The position numbers were made by a program, and so were the translations under genes. A stretch of DNA of 41,616 nucleotides from Nitrospirota bacterium (lineage in GTDB: Bacteria; Nitrospirota; Thermodesulfovibrionia; Thermodesulfovibrionales; UBA9159), in NCBI GenBank assembly GCA_037442785.1, contig JBBIPQ010000004.1, positions 1 through 41,616 on the forward strand, read 5' to 3'. Below, piece after piece: positions 7,069 through 17,077 of the stretch; the stretch's first letter is position 1; every line of letters starts with the position of its first letter. Under the pieces are notes generated by a model. That model saw only the letters and a list, made by a program, of their open reading frames with translations. It was not told the DNA's origin and made no database searches.

Positions 7069-8799
7069 TCACCTTACTGCCCTTAATTTCTTCTCTTTTT
7101 TCTCTGGCTCTTCAAAGAGCATATGGTCAATCGGCGCTCCTGCCGGAACCATTGGATAGACCTTTTCCTTCCAGTCCACAATAAAGTCCATAAAAACAGG
7201 CTTTTTGATCTTAAATGCCTCTTTCAGAACCGGCTCTACCTCTGAGGGCTTTGTGGCTCGTAGCCCCACTGCTCCATAGGCCTGAGCAACAGCAACAAAA
7301 TCAGGCACAACATCAAGGTGGCTGTAGGAGTAACGCTCATTATAAAAGAGTTCCTGCCATTGCCTCACCATGCCAAGATAATGATTATTCAGTATGGCCA
7401 CCTTTACAGGAAGATTGTTCACCACAGCCGTGGCCAGTTCCTGTATGTTCATTTGTATGCTACCATCACCGGCAATATCGATAACAAGTTTATCAGGGAA
7501 TGCTAATTGGGCTCCGATGGCTGCTGGAAAACCATAGCCCATGGTGCCCAGACCACCTGATGAAAGGAATGTCCTTGGTTTATCAAATTTATAAAACTGG
7601 GCTGCCCACATCTGGTTCTGTCCAACCTCAGTGGTTATGATCGCATTACCCTTTGTAAGTTCATAGATCTTCTCAACAACAAACTGTGGTTTTATAACGG
7701 TCTCACTTTTCGTGTAACTAAGTGGCCTTTCTGCCTTCCATGCCTCAATCTGTCTTAACCAGGCCTTTCTGATCTCTATCCACTGCTCCTTTATCTCCTC
7801 TTTCAATATCCTGTTCAGAACCGTCAGGACATTCTTCACATCTCCAACAATCGGTATATCAACCCTTACATTCTTTCTTATCGAGGTTGGGTCTATATCA
7901 ATATGGACTATCTTTGCATGTGGTGCAAAGGCCTCTATCTTGCCTGTGACCCTGTCATCAAAACGCATACCTATCGCGATGAGCAGATCGGATTCCTGAA
8001 CAGCCTTGTTTGCATAATAGGTACCGTGCATGCCAAGCATCCCGAGGGATAGGTTATGGGTGCCTGGAAAGCTCCCAAGCCCCATCAATGTCATGGTGAC
8101 AGGGATTTCAGCATATTCTGCGAGTTCTTTGAGTTCCTTTGATGCCCCTGAGATGATTACCCCACCGCCTGCTATTATCAGGGGTTTTTTTGCCTTTCCT
8201 ATCTCGAGGGCTGCCTGCTTGATCATCCATTTATTACCCTCATAAGTAGGCCTGTAACTCCTTATATCAACCTTCTCAGGCCAGACAAAGTCGGTCTTCG
8301 CTGCAGTGACATCCTTTGGAAGGTCTATCAATACAGGACCGGGTCTACCTGTTGTTGCAATATGGAAGGCCTCTCTAATGATCCGACTGAGATCCTTCAC
8401 ATCCTTTACAAGGTAGTTGTATTTTGTACAGGGTCTTGTTATCCCGACAATATCTGCCTCCTGAAAGGCATCATTTCCAATAAGCATCTTTGGTACCTGA
8501 CCTGACATCACGACTAAAGGCACAGAGTCCATTGATGCGGTAGCTATACCTGTAACAGTGTTTGTGGCACCGGGCCCGGAGGTTACAAGAACAACCCCTG
8601 GTTTGCCAGTTGCCCTGGCATAGCCGTCAGCAGCATGCACTGCACCCTGTTCGTGCCTCGTAAGGATAAGCTTGATGTCCTTTTCATCATAGAGCAGGTC
8701 AAAGATGTTAAGTACCACACCGCCGGGGTAGCCGAAGATATGCTTAACGCCCTCTCTCTTGAGACATTCTACAATTATCTCTGCACCTGATAATTTCAT
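7069..8799 (-). CDS. ilvB: Acetolactate synthase large (catalytic) subunit, ThDP-dependent
   Basis: 576 aa. Canonical N-terminus ([23 protein letters not shown]) and ThDP motif (GDGS...NN). Confidence 0.92.
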   Translation of the reverse strand: MKLSGAEIIVECLKREGVKHIFGYPGGVVLNIFDLLYDEKDIKLILTRHEQGAVHAADGYARATGKPGVVLVTSGPGATNTVTGIATASMDSVPLVVMSGQVPKMLIGNDAFQEADIVGITRPCTKYNYLVKDVKDLSRIIREAFHIATTGRPGPVLIDLPKDVTAAKTDFVWPEKVDIRSYRPTYEGNKWMIKQAALEIGKAKKPLIIAGGGVIISGASKELKELAEYAEIPVTMTLMGLGSFPGTHNLSLGMLGMHGTYYANKAVQESDLLIAIGMRFDDRVTGKIEAFAPHAKIVHIDIDPTSIRKNVRVDIPIVGDVKNVLTVLNRILKEEIKEQWIEIRKAWLRQIEAWKAERPLSYTKSETVIKPQFVVEKIYELTKGNAIITTEVGQNQMWAAQFYKFDKPRTFLSSGGLGTMGYGFPAAIGAQLAFPDKLVIDIAGDGSIQMNIQELATAVVNNLPVKVAILNNHYLGMVRQWQELFYNERYSYSHLDVVPDFVAVAQAYGAVGLRATKPSEVEPVLKEAFKIKKPVFMDFIVDWKEKVYPMVPAGAPIDHMLFEEPEKKEKKLRAVR

Positions 8800-8839
8800 G
8801 GTTTCCTATTCTAACAAAAAATCTCCTCGAATGCAAAAG

Positions 8840-9835
8840 TCAGTCATCGAACTCTGTCCTCAATGTTCGGTTCATCAGATCCTCAACAGCCTCCAGAGGA
8901 GGCCTATCCTCATAAAGGACATGATATACCTGTTCAACAATCGGCATAGGGACTATGTATCTTTTTGATAATTCATAGGCAGATTCGGCTGTATCTATCC
9001 CTTCAATAACCGATCTCATGCCAGATAGTATATCCTTTAACCTTTCGCCCTTTCCGAGCCTGTAACCAAGGGTATAGTTTCTTGAAAGTGGTGCAGTGCT
9101 GGTCAGGACGAGATCACCAATGCCACTCAGGCCAGAAAAGGTCTTTTCCTTTGCCCCCATTGCCTTTCCGAGTCTCTTCATTTCCGAAAGCCCCCTTGTT
9201 ATCAGGGCTGCCCTTGCATTGAATCCCAGGCCGAGACCATCAGAAATACCTGCTGCTATTGCCATGACATTCTTCAGGGCACCACCGAGTTCAACCCCAA
9301 GGATGTCATCGTGTGTATAAACCCTGAAATAGCTGGTATTGAACATCTCCTGAAGAAGAAGCGAGAGAGCCTTATCCTCTGATGCTATCGTGACAGCAGT
9401 GGGAAGTCTTCTGATTACCTCTTTAGCAAAACTTGGACCTGATAGAACTGCTATCCTGTGATTGGTAAGTTCTTTAATAACCGAGGATATGGTTAGCAGG
9501 GATCCCTTCTCAATCCCCTTAGATACACTTATGATTATAGCCTCTTTCCTGATAAATGGTACTGATTCACCGATTATCCTTCTTACATACTGGGACGGGA
9601 CAGCGCACACAACAAACATGGCCTTATTTATTGCCATTTCAAGATCATCTGTCACGATGATACTATCCGGGAGAGGGTGATCAGGTAGATAGAGGCTGTT
9701 AACCCTTTTCTCTCTTATCTCCTCGGCAAGTTCTTTTTCATACACCCATAGAGAGACATCGTAACCCTTCTCACTGAGAAGGCATGAGAGGGTCGTTCCC
9801 CAGCTTCCAGCACCTATCACAGCTATATAGCTCAT
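8840..9835 (-). CDS. gpsA: NAD(P)H-dependent glycerol-3-phosphate dehydrogenase
   Basis: 331 aa. Rossmann motif IAVIGAGSWGT and GpsA signature GALKNVMAIAAGISDGLGLG. Confidence 0.92.
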   Translation of the reverse strand: MSYIAVIGAGSWGTTLSCLLSEKGYDVSLWVYEKELAEEIREKRVNSLYLPDHPLPDSIIVTDDLEMAINKAMFVVCAVPSQYVRRIIGESVPFIRKEAIIISVSKGIEKGSLLTISSVIKELTNHRIAVLSGPSFAKEVIRRLPTAVTIASEDKALSLLLQEMFNTSYFRVYTHDDILGVELGGALKNVMAIAAGISDGLGLGFNARAALITRGLSEMKRLGKAMGAKEKTFSGLSGIGDLVLTSTAPLSRNYTLGYRLGKGERLKDILSGMRSVIEGIDTAESAYELSKRYIVPMPIVEQVYHVLYEDRPPLEAVEDLMNRTLRTEFDD

Positions 9836-9848
9836 AAATTGACCTGTA

Positions 9849-9878
9849 AATATAGCAGATATTTACAAAGTAGTTCAA
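9849..9878 (-). promoter_or_regulatory. Putative gpsA-ilvBN promoter (TTGAAC-18-TATATT) giving a very short leader
   Basis: Minus strand TTGAAC (9878..9873), 18-bp spacer, TATATT (9854..9849). Only 13 nt to ATG 9835 and no SD. Confidence 0.4.
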
Positions 9879-9947
9879 CCAGATCTGGTCCTTTTCCCCA
9901 TTTCTTATCTCCAGATTGTTGTCAGCAAGGAAGCGAGGCTCTTTTAG

Positions 9948-9953
9948 TATAAT
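9948..9953 (+). promoter_or_regulatory. -10 box TATAAT 6 nt upstream of the pdxA ATG; candidate leaderless promoter
   Basis: TATAAT 9948..9953, spacer ATAAAG, ATG 9960. No SD. Confidence 0.45.
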
Positions 9954-9959
9954 ATAAAG

Positions 9960-10958
9960 ATGGAAAACCCGAAGAGGATTGCCATTACGATGGGTGACCC
10001 TGCTGGTGTAGGTCCCGAGATTGTACTGAAGGCATTGAAAAATCCCGATGTCAAGGGACTTTGCAGATTCGTAATAATTGGTGATCTTTCAGTCCTTGAA
10101 AGGGTTGTAGAAGAGATGAATTTGCCCTTTGACCAACAAGTAGTTGAGTTTATTGATATGAACATCATAAAAGAGAGACACTTTGATAGGAACAGGCCTG
10201 CTGCCTTGAATGGCATTGCCTCTGTCTCATACATTAAAAAGGCTATAGAACTCGCCCTGACAGGCTATGTGGATGCCATTGTAACTGCACCTGTATCAAA
10301 GGAGGCCTTGAATATGGCTGGTTTTAAGTGGCCAGGACATACCGAGATGCTCGCAGAACTGACAAGCACAGAAGACTATGCGATGATGTTTTACAGTGAT
10401 AGATTGAAGCTTGTTCTTGTTACAATCCACACTGCTTTAAGAGATGTCCCTGACCTTATAAAAAAGGGAAAGATCCTGAAAACGATAATACTTGCAAGGA
10501 ATGCTTGTGATATGATGGATATAAAACATCCATTGATTGCAGTGGCAGGATTGAATCCCCATGCTGGTGAATCTGGTATGTTTGGCGATGAGGAGATAAA
10601 GGAGATCATTCCGGCAGTGAAAGAGGCACAGGCGATGGGCATTCCTGTATCCGGACCATATCCAGCGGATACCCTCTTTTACAGGGCATATAAAGGAGAA
10701 TTCGATATGATTGTATGTATGTATCATGATCAGGGACTTGTCCCTCTTAAAATGGTGGCCTTTGATAAGGCCGTAAATGTTACGGTTGGGTTGCCTATAA
10801 TAAGGACATCCCCTGATCATGGAACTGCCTATGACATTGCCTGGAAAGGTATTGCAGATCCATCAAGCATGATTGAGGCGATAAAACTGGCAGTTAGGAT
10901 GAGGATCGTGAAAGGAGGAGGTAAATGCTCTTTGAACCCTTTAACCTCGCAGGGATAG
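9960..10958 (+). CDS. pdxA: 4-hydroxythreonine-4-phosphate dehydrogenase
   Basis: 332 aa. PdxA motifs: ITMGDPAGVGPEI, GHTE, NPHAGE, DHGTA. Confidence 0.9.
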   Translation: MENPKRIAITMGDPAGVGPEIVLKALKNPDVKGLCRFVIIGDLSVLERVVEEMNLPFDQQVVEFIDMNIIKERHFDRNRPAALNGIASVSYIKKAIELALTGYVDAIVTAPVSKEALNMAGFKWPGHTEMLAELTSTEDYAMMFYSDRLKLVLVTIHTALRDVPDLIKKGKILKTIILARNACDMMDIKHPLIAVAGLNPHAGESGMFGDEEIKEIIPAVKEAQAMGIPVSGPYPADTLFYRAYKGEFDMIVCMYHDQGLVPLKMVAFDKAVNVTVGLPIIRTSPDHGTAYDIAWKGIADPSSMIEAIKLAVRMRIVKGGGKCSLNPLTSQG

Positions 10959-12013
10959 AGATCAGGAATCGCATTGTCCGCTCAGCCACCTATGAAAAGA
11001 GGGCTGATGAGGATGGTTTTGTTACAGACTCCCTGATTGAATTTTATAAGACCATTACAATGGGTGGTGCTGGATTGATAATTACCGGGAATGCCCTTGT
11101 CCATCCCACAGGCAGAACCATTACACAGATGCTCTGTATCCATAGTGATATCTATGTTAAGGGCCTTGAAAGGCTTGCCACCGCTGTTCATGAACTCGGA
11201 GGTGTGATATTCCTTCAACTTGTTCATGGAGGAAGGCAGTCCCTTCCTATACTCCTTGGAGGACAGATGCCAATGGCACCCTCAGCAGTCTATGACCCAT
11301 CAACAGAGGTGATGCCCCGGGAGATGACGGATGCAGAGATATGGAAGATTATAGATGCCTTTGCTGATGGAGCAAGGAGGGCAAGGGTCGCTGGTTTTGA
11401 TGGTATTCAGATTCACGGTGCCCATGGGTATCTCATTAGCGAATTCCTCTCCCCTCATACTAACAGAAGGGATGATTACTGGGGTGGAGATGAGGAGAGA
11501 AGATTCCATTTTGTTGAGGAGGTTTTTAAGGCGATAAGGAAGGAGGTCGGGGATGATTATCCTGTGATAATAAAGATGAATGCTGATGATGGACTTGATG
11601 GCGGATTGTTTCCTGATGAGGCAGCAAGGATCGCAAAGAGACTTGAATCTTTGGGGATTGATGCTATTGAGGTAAGTGGCGGCATGTACGAGGCTGGCAA
11701 AAGGACCGCAAGAACTGACATACTGAGGCCTGAGGATGAGGCCTATTTCAGGGATGCTGCAAGGCTTTTCAAGAGGAATGTCAATATCCCTGTGATAGTT
11801 GTGGGTGGTATAAGGTCAAGGTCTATCATGGAGGATATCCTTGAAAAAGGGGATGCAGACCTCATATCCCTTTCAAGACCCCTGATAAGGGAGCCTGACC
11901 TCCCTGAGAGATTGAAAAAGGGTAAGGATAAGGCAGACTGCATTTCCTGCAATGGCTGTATGAATTTCAGGAAACTGGACGTTGTCAGGTGTGTACAGAT
12001 AAAGGATAATTAA
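10925..12013 (+). CDS. NADH:flavin oxidoreductase, Old Yellow Enzyme family (2,4-dienoyl-CoA reductase N-domain-like)
   Basis: 362 aa. OYE motifs: [32 protein letters not shown]. Strong SD GGAGGAGG. Overlaps the pdxA 3' end by 34 nt. Confidence 0.85.
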   Translation: MLFEPFNLAGIEIRNRIVRSATYEKRADEDGFVTDSLIEFYKTITMGGAGLIITGNALVHPTGRTITQMLCIHSDIYVKGLERLATAVHELGGVIFLQLVHGGRQSLPILLGGQMPMAPSAVYDPSTEVMPREMTDAEIWKIIDAFADGARRARVAGFDGIQIHGAHGYLISEFLSPHTNRRDDYWGGDEERRFHFVEEVFKAIRKEVGDDYPVIIKMNADDGLDGGLFPDEAARIAKRLESLGIDAIEVSGGMYEAGKRTARTDILRPEDEAYFRDAARLFKRNVNIPVIVVGGIRSRSIMEDILEKGDADLISLSRPLIREPDLPERLKKGKDKADCISCNGCMNFRKLDVVRCVQIKDN

Positions 12014-12015
12014 GG

Positions 12016-12990
12016 ATGCTTTTCTATATAGCAAAGAGGCTTATGATGATGGTGCCTATAATATTCGGGATTACCCTTATAACCTTTGTTGTGATTCATC
12101 TTGCTCCAGGTGGTCCTGTGGAGGTTCAAACAGAGATGCAGCTTAAGGCCTCTGCACAGGCGAGGGAGAACCTTAAAAAGCTCTACGGGCTTGATAAGCC
12201 CCTTCATATTCAGTATCTGGATTGGCTAAAGAGGTTCGTGATGCTTGATTTTGGAAAGTCCTTTGTAGATGGAAGGGATGTTATGAAGAAGATTATCGAG
12301 AGGATACCTGTCACACTCTCTATTAATATACTATCCCTGTTGCTGATAATAACTACGGCAATCCCCATAGGCGTTATCTCTGCAACAAAGAGGTATTCCC
12401 TTTTTGATAAGATATCGACGATTTTTGTTTTCATAGGTTTTTCAACACCAACGTTCTGGCTTGCCCTCATGCTCATGATAATATTTGGTGTGAATCTTGG
12501 AATCCTTCCAATATCAGGTATACATAGCATTGATGTATCAGAGATGGGTTTTTTTGAGAGAATGATCGATTTTGCAAGGCACCTTATATTGCCAGTTGGT
12601 GTCTCTGCCTTTGGAGGCATTGCTGGGCTCAGCAGATATAGCAGATCAAGCATGCTTGAAGTAATTAGACAGGACTATATAAGGACAGCAAGGGCAAAGG
12701 GTCTCCCTGAATCTCAGGTTATACTCAGGCATGCCTTCAGGAATGCCCTTATGCCTGTCATTACTATCCTGGGTCTATCCATACCAGGACTTATAGGTGG
12801 AGGCGTGATATTCGAGACCATATTCTCTATCCCAGGGATGGGCCAACTCTTTTATTCCTCTGCCATGTCAAGGGACTATCCAACGATAATGGGGATACTC
12901 GTGATTGTATCCGTCCTTACCCTTTTAGGAAATCTCCTTGCGGACATATCCTACGCAATAGTTGATCCAAGGATAAGGAGGTCAGGGTAA
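12016..12990 (+). CDS. ABC transporter permease, oligopeptide/dipeptide (OppB/DppB) family
   Basis: 324 aa with a typical N-terminus ([31 protein letters not shown]) and EAA-loop region. Confidence 0.85.
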   Translation: MLFYIAKRLMMMVPIIFGITLITFVVIHLAPGGPVEVQTEMQLKASAQARENLKKLYGLDKPLHIQYLDWLKRFVMLDFGKSFVDGRDVMKKIIERIPVTLSINILSLLLIITTAIPIGVISATKRYSLFDKISTIFVFIGFSTPTFWLALMLMIIFGVNLGILPISGIHSIDVSEMGFFERMIDFARHLILPVGVSAFGGIAGLSRYSRSSMLEVIRQDYIRTARAKGLPESQVILRHAFRNALMPVITILGLSIPGLIGGGVIFETIFSIPGMGQLFYSSAMSRDYPTIMGILVIVSVLTLLGNLLADISYAIVDPRIRRSG

Positions 12991-13851
12991 ATGAGACTCT
13001 CCTTAATGGTATGGAGAAGGTTCAGGAGAAACGGGCTTGCCCTTATAGGTCTTACCATTGTTATGGCAATGGTCATTATTGCCCTGTCAGCCCCTGTGAT
13101 AGCACCCTATGACCCTGTTTCCATAGATGTTCATAATGTGTTTTCGCCACCCTCGAGGTCCCATCCCTTTGGAACAGATGAACTTGGCAGGGATGTCCTT
13201 TCCAGGATGATCTGGGGTAGCCGGGTATCTTTGCAGGTCGGAATAATTGCCGTGGGTATTGCCATAATCCTTGGCACTATTCTTGGCTCCATCGCGGGTT
13301 ATTATGGAGGAAGGGTTGATTCTGTAATCATGAGATTTGTTGATATAATGCTTGCCTTTCCAACCCTTTTTCTGATCCTTGCAGTTATATCTATTCTTGA
13401 GCCCAGTATATACAATATAATGTTCATCATAGGTCTAACAGGGTGGATGGATGTTGCAAGGCTTGTGAGGGCAGAGTTCCTTACCCTGAAGGAGAGGGAT
13501 TTTGTGCTTGCTGCTAAGGCATCAGGGGCGAGCAACCTCAGGATAATCTTCAGCCATATACTTCCAAATGCCCTCTCTCCTGTTTTTGTTGCAGCAACCT
13601 TTGGGATAGCTGGTGCGATCCTTGTTGAATCTGGTCTTTCCTTTCTCGGTCTTGGTGTTCAGCCACCTAATCCAAGCTGGGGAAATATTATAACCTCTGG
13701 AAAAGATAATATAGAGGTTGCCTGGTGGTTATCCCTCTTCCCGGGTCTTGCAATCCTGATTACTGTCTTGAGCTATAACCTTGTTGGTGAGGGCCTGAGG
13801 GATTCTATTGATCCCAGGTTCTGGGAGGCAGAGGATAGAGGACAGGAATAG
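12991..13851 (+). CDS. ABC transporter permease, oligopeptide/dipeptide (OppC/DppC) family
   Basis: 286 aa. The N-terminal OppC motif HPFGTDELGRDVLSRMIWG is present. The start abuts the oppB-like stop. Confidence 0.85.
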   Translation: MRLSLMVWRRFRRNGLALIGLTIVMAMVIIALSAPVIAPYDPVSIDVHNVFSPPSRSHPFGTDELGRDVLSRMIWGSRVSLQVGIIAVGIAIILGTILGSIAGYYGGRVDSVIMRFVDIMLAFPTLFLILAVISILEPSIYNIMFIIGLTGWMDVARLVRAEFLTLKERDFVLAAKASGASNLRIIFSHILPNALSPVFVAATFGIAGAILVESGLSFLGLGVQPPNPSWGNIITSGKDNIEVAWWLSLFPGLAILITVLSYNLVGEGLRDSIDPRFWEAEDRGQE

Positions 13852-13855
13852 GGCA

Positions 13856-13882
13856 TCCCAAAAAGTCAGAGACCTTTTGGGA
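13856..13882 (+). terminator. A/T-rich hairpin (possible weak terminator); copy A of a small palindromic element
   Basis: TCCCAAAA (13856..13863) pairs with TTTTGGGA (13875..13882), with an 11-nt loop. It lies just after the oppC-like stop and resembles 33456..33492. Confidence 0.35.
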
Positions 13883-13919
13883 CCCCGGTGAAGTTTTTAT
13901 TCTCCTTTGCCAAATTTTC

Positions 13920-13928
13920 TGATATAAT
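13920..13928 (+). promoter_or_regulatory. Extended -10 promoter TGaTATAAT upstream of the pterin-binding gene
   Basis: TG 13920..13921, TATAAT 13923..13928. This predicts a leader of about 100 nt ending in AGGAGG before ATG 14039. Confidence 0.4.
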
Positions 13929-14038
13929 TCTTTTAAGAAAGGGGATGCTGAAAGATCAATGATTTTTGGTACCAGTTGGTAAGGTGCTCATTAGATCTCA
14001 TTCCCTTTTTGCATCATAACAAATAAACAGGAGGAGTC

Positions 14039-14824
14039 ATGATAGTAATAGCAGAGAATCTCAATGTTAGAAACAAACAGTACATGGAGGCATTGAGGAA
14101 CAAGGACAGGGCTGCTATAGCAGATCTTGCAAGGGCTTTAAAAGATGCGGGGGCTGATATTATTAATGCTCAGTGTTCCCCTGATGGTTCAGGGGATGAG
14201 GAAAATCTTCCTTTCGTAACAGGGGTTGTTACAGAATCATCTGGTCTTAAGGTTTGTCTTGATTCGAGGAATGTTGAGGCTATCAGAAACTCCCTGGGTC
14301 TCTGTAAGGAACCGCCTCTTATAAATTATATCTCAGCTACTGAGCCTTCAGAGATAGAAGATCTTTTTGAGATTGTAGCAGAATCACGGGCAGAGATTGT
14401 GCTGAGGGCAGCAAGGGGGACGGTTCCTGTTACCCTAGAGGCAAGACTCCAGATAATTGAGGATCTCCTTGAGGAGGCTAATGCCTCTGATATTCCGAAT
14501 GAGAGGCTCTATCTTGATCCCTCAATTGTCCACATAGGTCGAGGGATGGGACAGGATCATGTGGTCAATTCCTGTGAATTGATAAGGGTAGTAAAGGAAC
14601 TGGTGGAACCTCCTGTAAGTACAGTGGCCTGGATCTCAAACATCTCAACTGGCATGCCTGCAAAGATAAGACCCATGATCAATGCCTCTTTTTTGATTTA
14701 TATTGCTGGTGCCGGGCTTGATGCAGCCATGGTGGATGTCCTTGATCCTGAGATGAGGCGGGCTATCTATCTGGTTAAATCCTTCAGGGACGAGATAATA
14801 TTTTCTCCTGCTGATGTCTCCTGA
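14039..14824 (+). CDS. Pterin-binding (DHPS-like) protein, methyltetrahydrofolate:corrinoid methyltransferase (AcsE/MeTr)-like
   Basis: 261 aa. IAENLNV...GADIINAQ...CLDSRN...LINYIS...YLDPSI...ISNISTG follows the pterin-binding TIM-barrel pattern of MeTr/MetH. Confidence 0.7.
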   Translation: MIVIAENLNVRNKQYMEALRNKDRAAIADLARALKDAGADIINAQCSPDGSGDEENLPFVTGVVTESSGLKVCLDSRNVEAIRNSLGLCKEPPLINYISATEPSEIEDLFEIVAESRAEIVLRAARGTVPVTLEARLQIIEDLLEEANASDIPNERLYLDPSIVHIGRGMGQDHVVNSCELIRVVKELVEPPVSTVAWISNISTGMPAKIRPMINASFLIYIAGAGLDAAMVDVLDPEMRRAIYLVKSFRDEIIFSPADVS

Positions 14825-14836
14825 TCTGTTAAGCCG

Positions 14837-14896
14837 ATGAGGACAGACATACAGAGGACAGACATGCAGAAGACAGTCTGTCTAATTAAGGGGTGA
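14837..14896 (+). CDS. Hypothetical 19-aa uORF/peptide MRTDIQRTDMQKTVCLIKG (speculative)
   Basis: ATG 14837. The stop TGA 14894..14896 overlaps the SD and lies 4 nt before the GTG start of the next gene. Contains a tandem RTD(I/M)Q unit. Shares the 21-nt repeat, and its frame, with 5763..5840. Confidence 0.2.
   Translation: MRTDIQRTDMQKTVCLIKG
14856..14876 (+). repeat. 21-nt intergenic repeat, copy A (ggacagacatgcagaagacag)
   Basis: 19/21 identical to 5767..5787. Preceded by a direct half-copy gaggacagacat at 14839..14850 and followed by the palindrome agacag-t-ctgtct (14871..14883). Confidence 0.6.
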
Positions 14897-14900
14897 TGCA

Positions 14901-15737
14901 GTGTTAAAACTCAGAGACGGCATAGTGGAGTTGTATCGAAAGGCCATCTCAACCATACCCACTGATGTTGAGGAGGCACTGAGGAAGGCTAAGGACAGTG
15001 AAAGGGATGAAGGTGCAAGGGATTTTATTGAAGATATAATCGAAAATATCCGATCCTTGAGGCAGCAGTCTTTACCCCTCTGTAAAGATATGGGTATCCC
15101 AACCTTTGTTGTGAGATCACCAAGGGGATTAAGTCAGAGAGAGATAGTGAAGACCATCTATGAGGCTACTGCTGAAGCAACAGAGAAGATACCCCTTCAG
15201 CCGAGTGCAATAGACATTATTACAGAAACGCCTTCAGCAGATAACACGGGACAGGGCTTTCCAATCATATATTTTGAGGAATCCACAAATGATACACTCA
15301 GGATAGATCTGTTGCTTAAGGGTGCAGACTGTGAGGTTCTCGGACAGACCTATTCCTTGCCTGATGAAAAAACAGGTGCGGAAAGGAGCCTTGACGGTGT
15401 GAAAATAGTGGTTAAGGATGCTATAAAAAGATCGGGTGGCAGGGGATGCATGCCCTTCATAATCGGTGTTGGCGTTGGGGGGGCAAAGGATCAGGTATCG
15501 GTTTTGTCAAAGATGCAGCTCTTCAGGAAGCTGGGAGACAGGAATGAGTTGCCCACTATTGCAAGTCTTGAAGATGATCTTCTCCTCGAGCTAAACAGTC
15601 TTGGCCTTCCCTGGATGAAGGGAAGTAGTTCAATCATTGGAGTAAAGATAGGTGTTAACCATCGCCATCTATCCTCATATCTTGTTGATGTATCCTTCAG
15701 TTGCTGGGCTACAAGGCGTGTAAGGCTCATATGGTAG
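14901..15737 (+). CDS. Fe-S type hydro-lyase alpha subunit (class I fumarate hydratase / L-tartrate dehydratase alpha-like)
   Basis: 278 aa, GTG start. The pattern LPLCKDMGIP (compare CQDTG), GVGVGG and a C-terminal Cys matches the FumA N-domain / TtdA. No beta subunit is adjacent. Confidence 0.7.
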   Translation: MLKLRDGIVELYRKAISTIPTDVEEALRKAKDSERDEGARDFIEDIIENIRSLRQQSLPLCKDMGIPTFVVRSPRGLSQREIVKTIYEATAEATEKIPLQPSAIDIITETPSADNTGQGFPIIYFEESTNDTLRIDLLLKGADCEVLGQTYSLPDEKTGAERSLDGVKIVVKDAIKRSGGRGCMPFIIGVGVGGAKDQVSVLSKMQLFRKLGDRNELPTIASLEDDLLLELNSLGLPWMKGSSSIIGVKIGVNHRHLSSYLVDVSFSCWATRRVRLIW

Positions 15738-15741
15738 TACT

Positions 15742-16650
15742 ATGATATTCATAGCAGGTGGCACTGGCTTTATTGGTAAGAATCTCTTGAAGGCATTGAA
15801 ACAGGGTAATTATGTGGTCAGGTGTCTTGCAAGGACAGAGGAGAGGGCCGAACTCTGCAGAAAGACAGGCTTTGACGCAGTTACAGGGGATATAACCGAA
15901 AGGGAGAGTCTCAAGGGGAAGCTCGAAGGCGTAGAAATGGTCGTTCACCTTGTTGGCATAATCGAAGAACAGGGCGGGATGACCTTCGAGAAGGTCCATG
16001 TGAAAGGGACAAGGAATCTTGTTGATGAGGCAAAGAAGGCGGGTGTCAGGCATTTCTTCTTTCAATCAGCCCTTGGTGCTTCCTTGGAGTCTGACGCAGT
16101 TTACCAGCGGACAAAGGCCGAGGCAGAAGAGATTGTTAAGGATAGCGGGATACCATATACAATCTTCAGACCTTCTCTTGTGATTGGTGAAAAGGATGGT
16201 TTTACAGAGAGGTTGAAGGAATTGGTAAGGGTTGGCCCGTTTGTGCCAATCCCTGGAACGGGTAATGGGAGGTTTCAGCCGATATTTGTTGAAGACTGGG
16301 TCAGATGTTTCCTTTGTATTATAGGAAGGGATGAGGCCATTGGCAGGATCTATGAGTTCGGCGGCCCTGAACATCTGACTTATAATGAGCTTGTGATGCA
16401 ATTAATGGAAGTCATGAATATAAAAAAGCCATTGGTTCATATACCAGTCTCCATTGCAAGGTTCGGAATCCCCTTTATCGGGATCGGGAATAAGATCGGT
16501 AGGATAATCGGAAAGAAGATACCCACTGTTACAGCAGAGCAATTGATGCTTCTTGAGAGGGACAATATCTGCGATATCGATTCTGTTAAGAGACTTTTTG
16601 GGTTTGAGCCGCTCAGGTACAAAGATGCCTTAAGATTATTTATCAGGTGA
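15742..16650 (+). CDS. NAD(P)-binding SDR (atypical, NDUFA9/NmrA-like epimerase/dehydratase family)
   Basis: 302 aa. N-terminal Rossmann motif IFIAGGTGFIGKNL. Confidence 0.75.
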   Translation: MIFIAGGTGFIGKNLLKALKQGNYVVRCLARTEERAELCRKTGFDAVTGDITERESLKGKLEGVEMVVHLVGIIEEQGGMTFEKVHVKGTRNLVDEAKKAGVRHFFFQSALGASLESDAVYQRTKAEAEEIVKDSGIPYTIFRPSLVIGEKDGFTERLKELVRVGPFVPIPGTGNGRFQPIFVEDWVRCFLCIIGRDEAIGRIYEFGGPEHLTYNELVMQLMEVMNIKKPLVHIPVSIARFGIPFIGIGNKIGRIIGKKIPTVTAEQLMLLERDNICDIDSVKRLFGFEPLRYKDALRLFIR

Positions 16651-17063
16651 TGAGATTCGAGGTTTTAGATATATCGGGAGATGTAGGGATCAGGGCCTTT
16701 GGCAAAAGCCTTGAGGAGTTATTCGTAAATGCCGCCTCAGGGATGTATAATCTGATTACTGACACAGAGGCAGTGGAGAGGAAAAGGGACATGGATGTGG
16801 AGGTGAAAAGCCATTCTTTAGAGGGCCTTCTTGTATCATGGCTTAATGAACTGATCTTTCAGTTTGATACATATGGATTCATAGGAAGGGATATCAATAT
16901 CAGGGAATTTTCTGAAAATGAGATAAAGGCCACTCTGACAGGTGAGGAGTTTGATGAGTCAAGACACGACAAAAGACTGCTCATTAAGGCAGCCACATAT
17001 CATCAATTAAAGATCGAGAGGGTTGGAGAGGAATGGAAGGCAGAGATTATCTTTGATATCTAA
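16650..17063 (+). CDS. Archease (RtcB activator/chaperone)
   Basis: About 137 aa. [16 protein letters not shown]...[10 protein letters not shown]...W.AEIIFDI matches the archease fold signature. ATG 16650 overlaps the upstream TGA (TGATG). The ORF track starts one codon earlier, at GTG 16647. Confidence 0.85.
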   Translation: MRFEVLDISGDVGIRAFGKSLEELFVNAASGMYNLITDTEAVERKRDMDVEVKSHSLEGLLVSWLNELIFQFDTYGFIGRDINIREFSENEIKATLTGEEFDESRHDKRLLIKAATYHQLKIERVGEEWKAEIIFDI

Positions 17064-17077
17064 GGGAGGTGATCTTT

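Noticed and set aside
6613-7086. Long antisense or shadow ORFs from the track. Examples are 6613..7086, 5923..6309, 12210..12653, 10437..10820, 22660..23211, 26275..26834, 30457..30807, 30867..31244, 38798..39190, 15727..16401 and 25085..25610.
   Set aside because: Each lies fully inside, and opposite to, or out of frame with, a gene with clear family motifs. Their translations are low-complexity or Cys/Ser/Pro/Arg-rich, typical of shadow frames. None has an SD.
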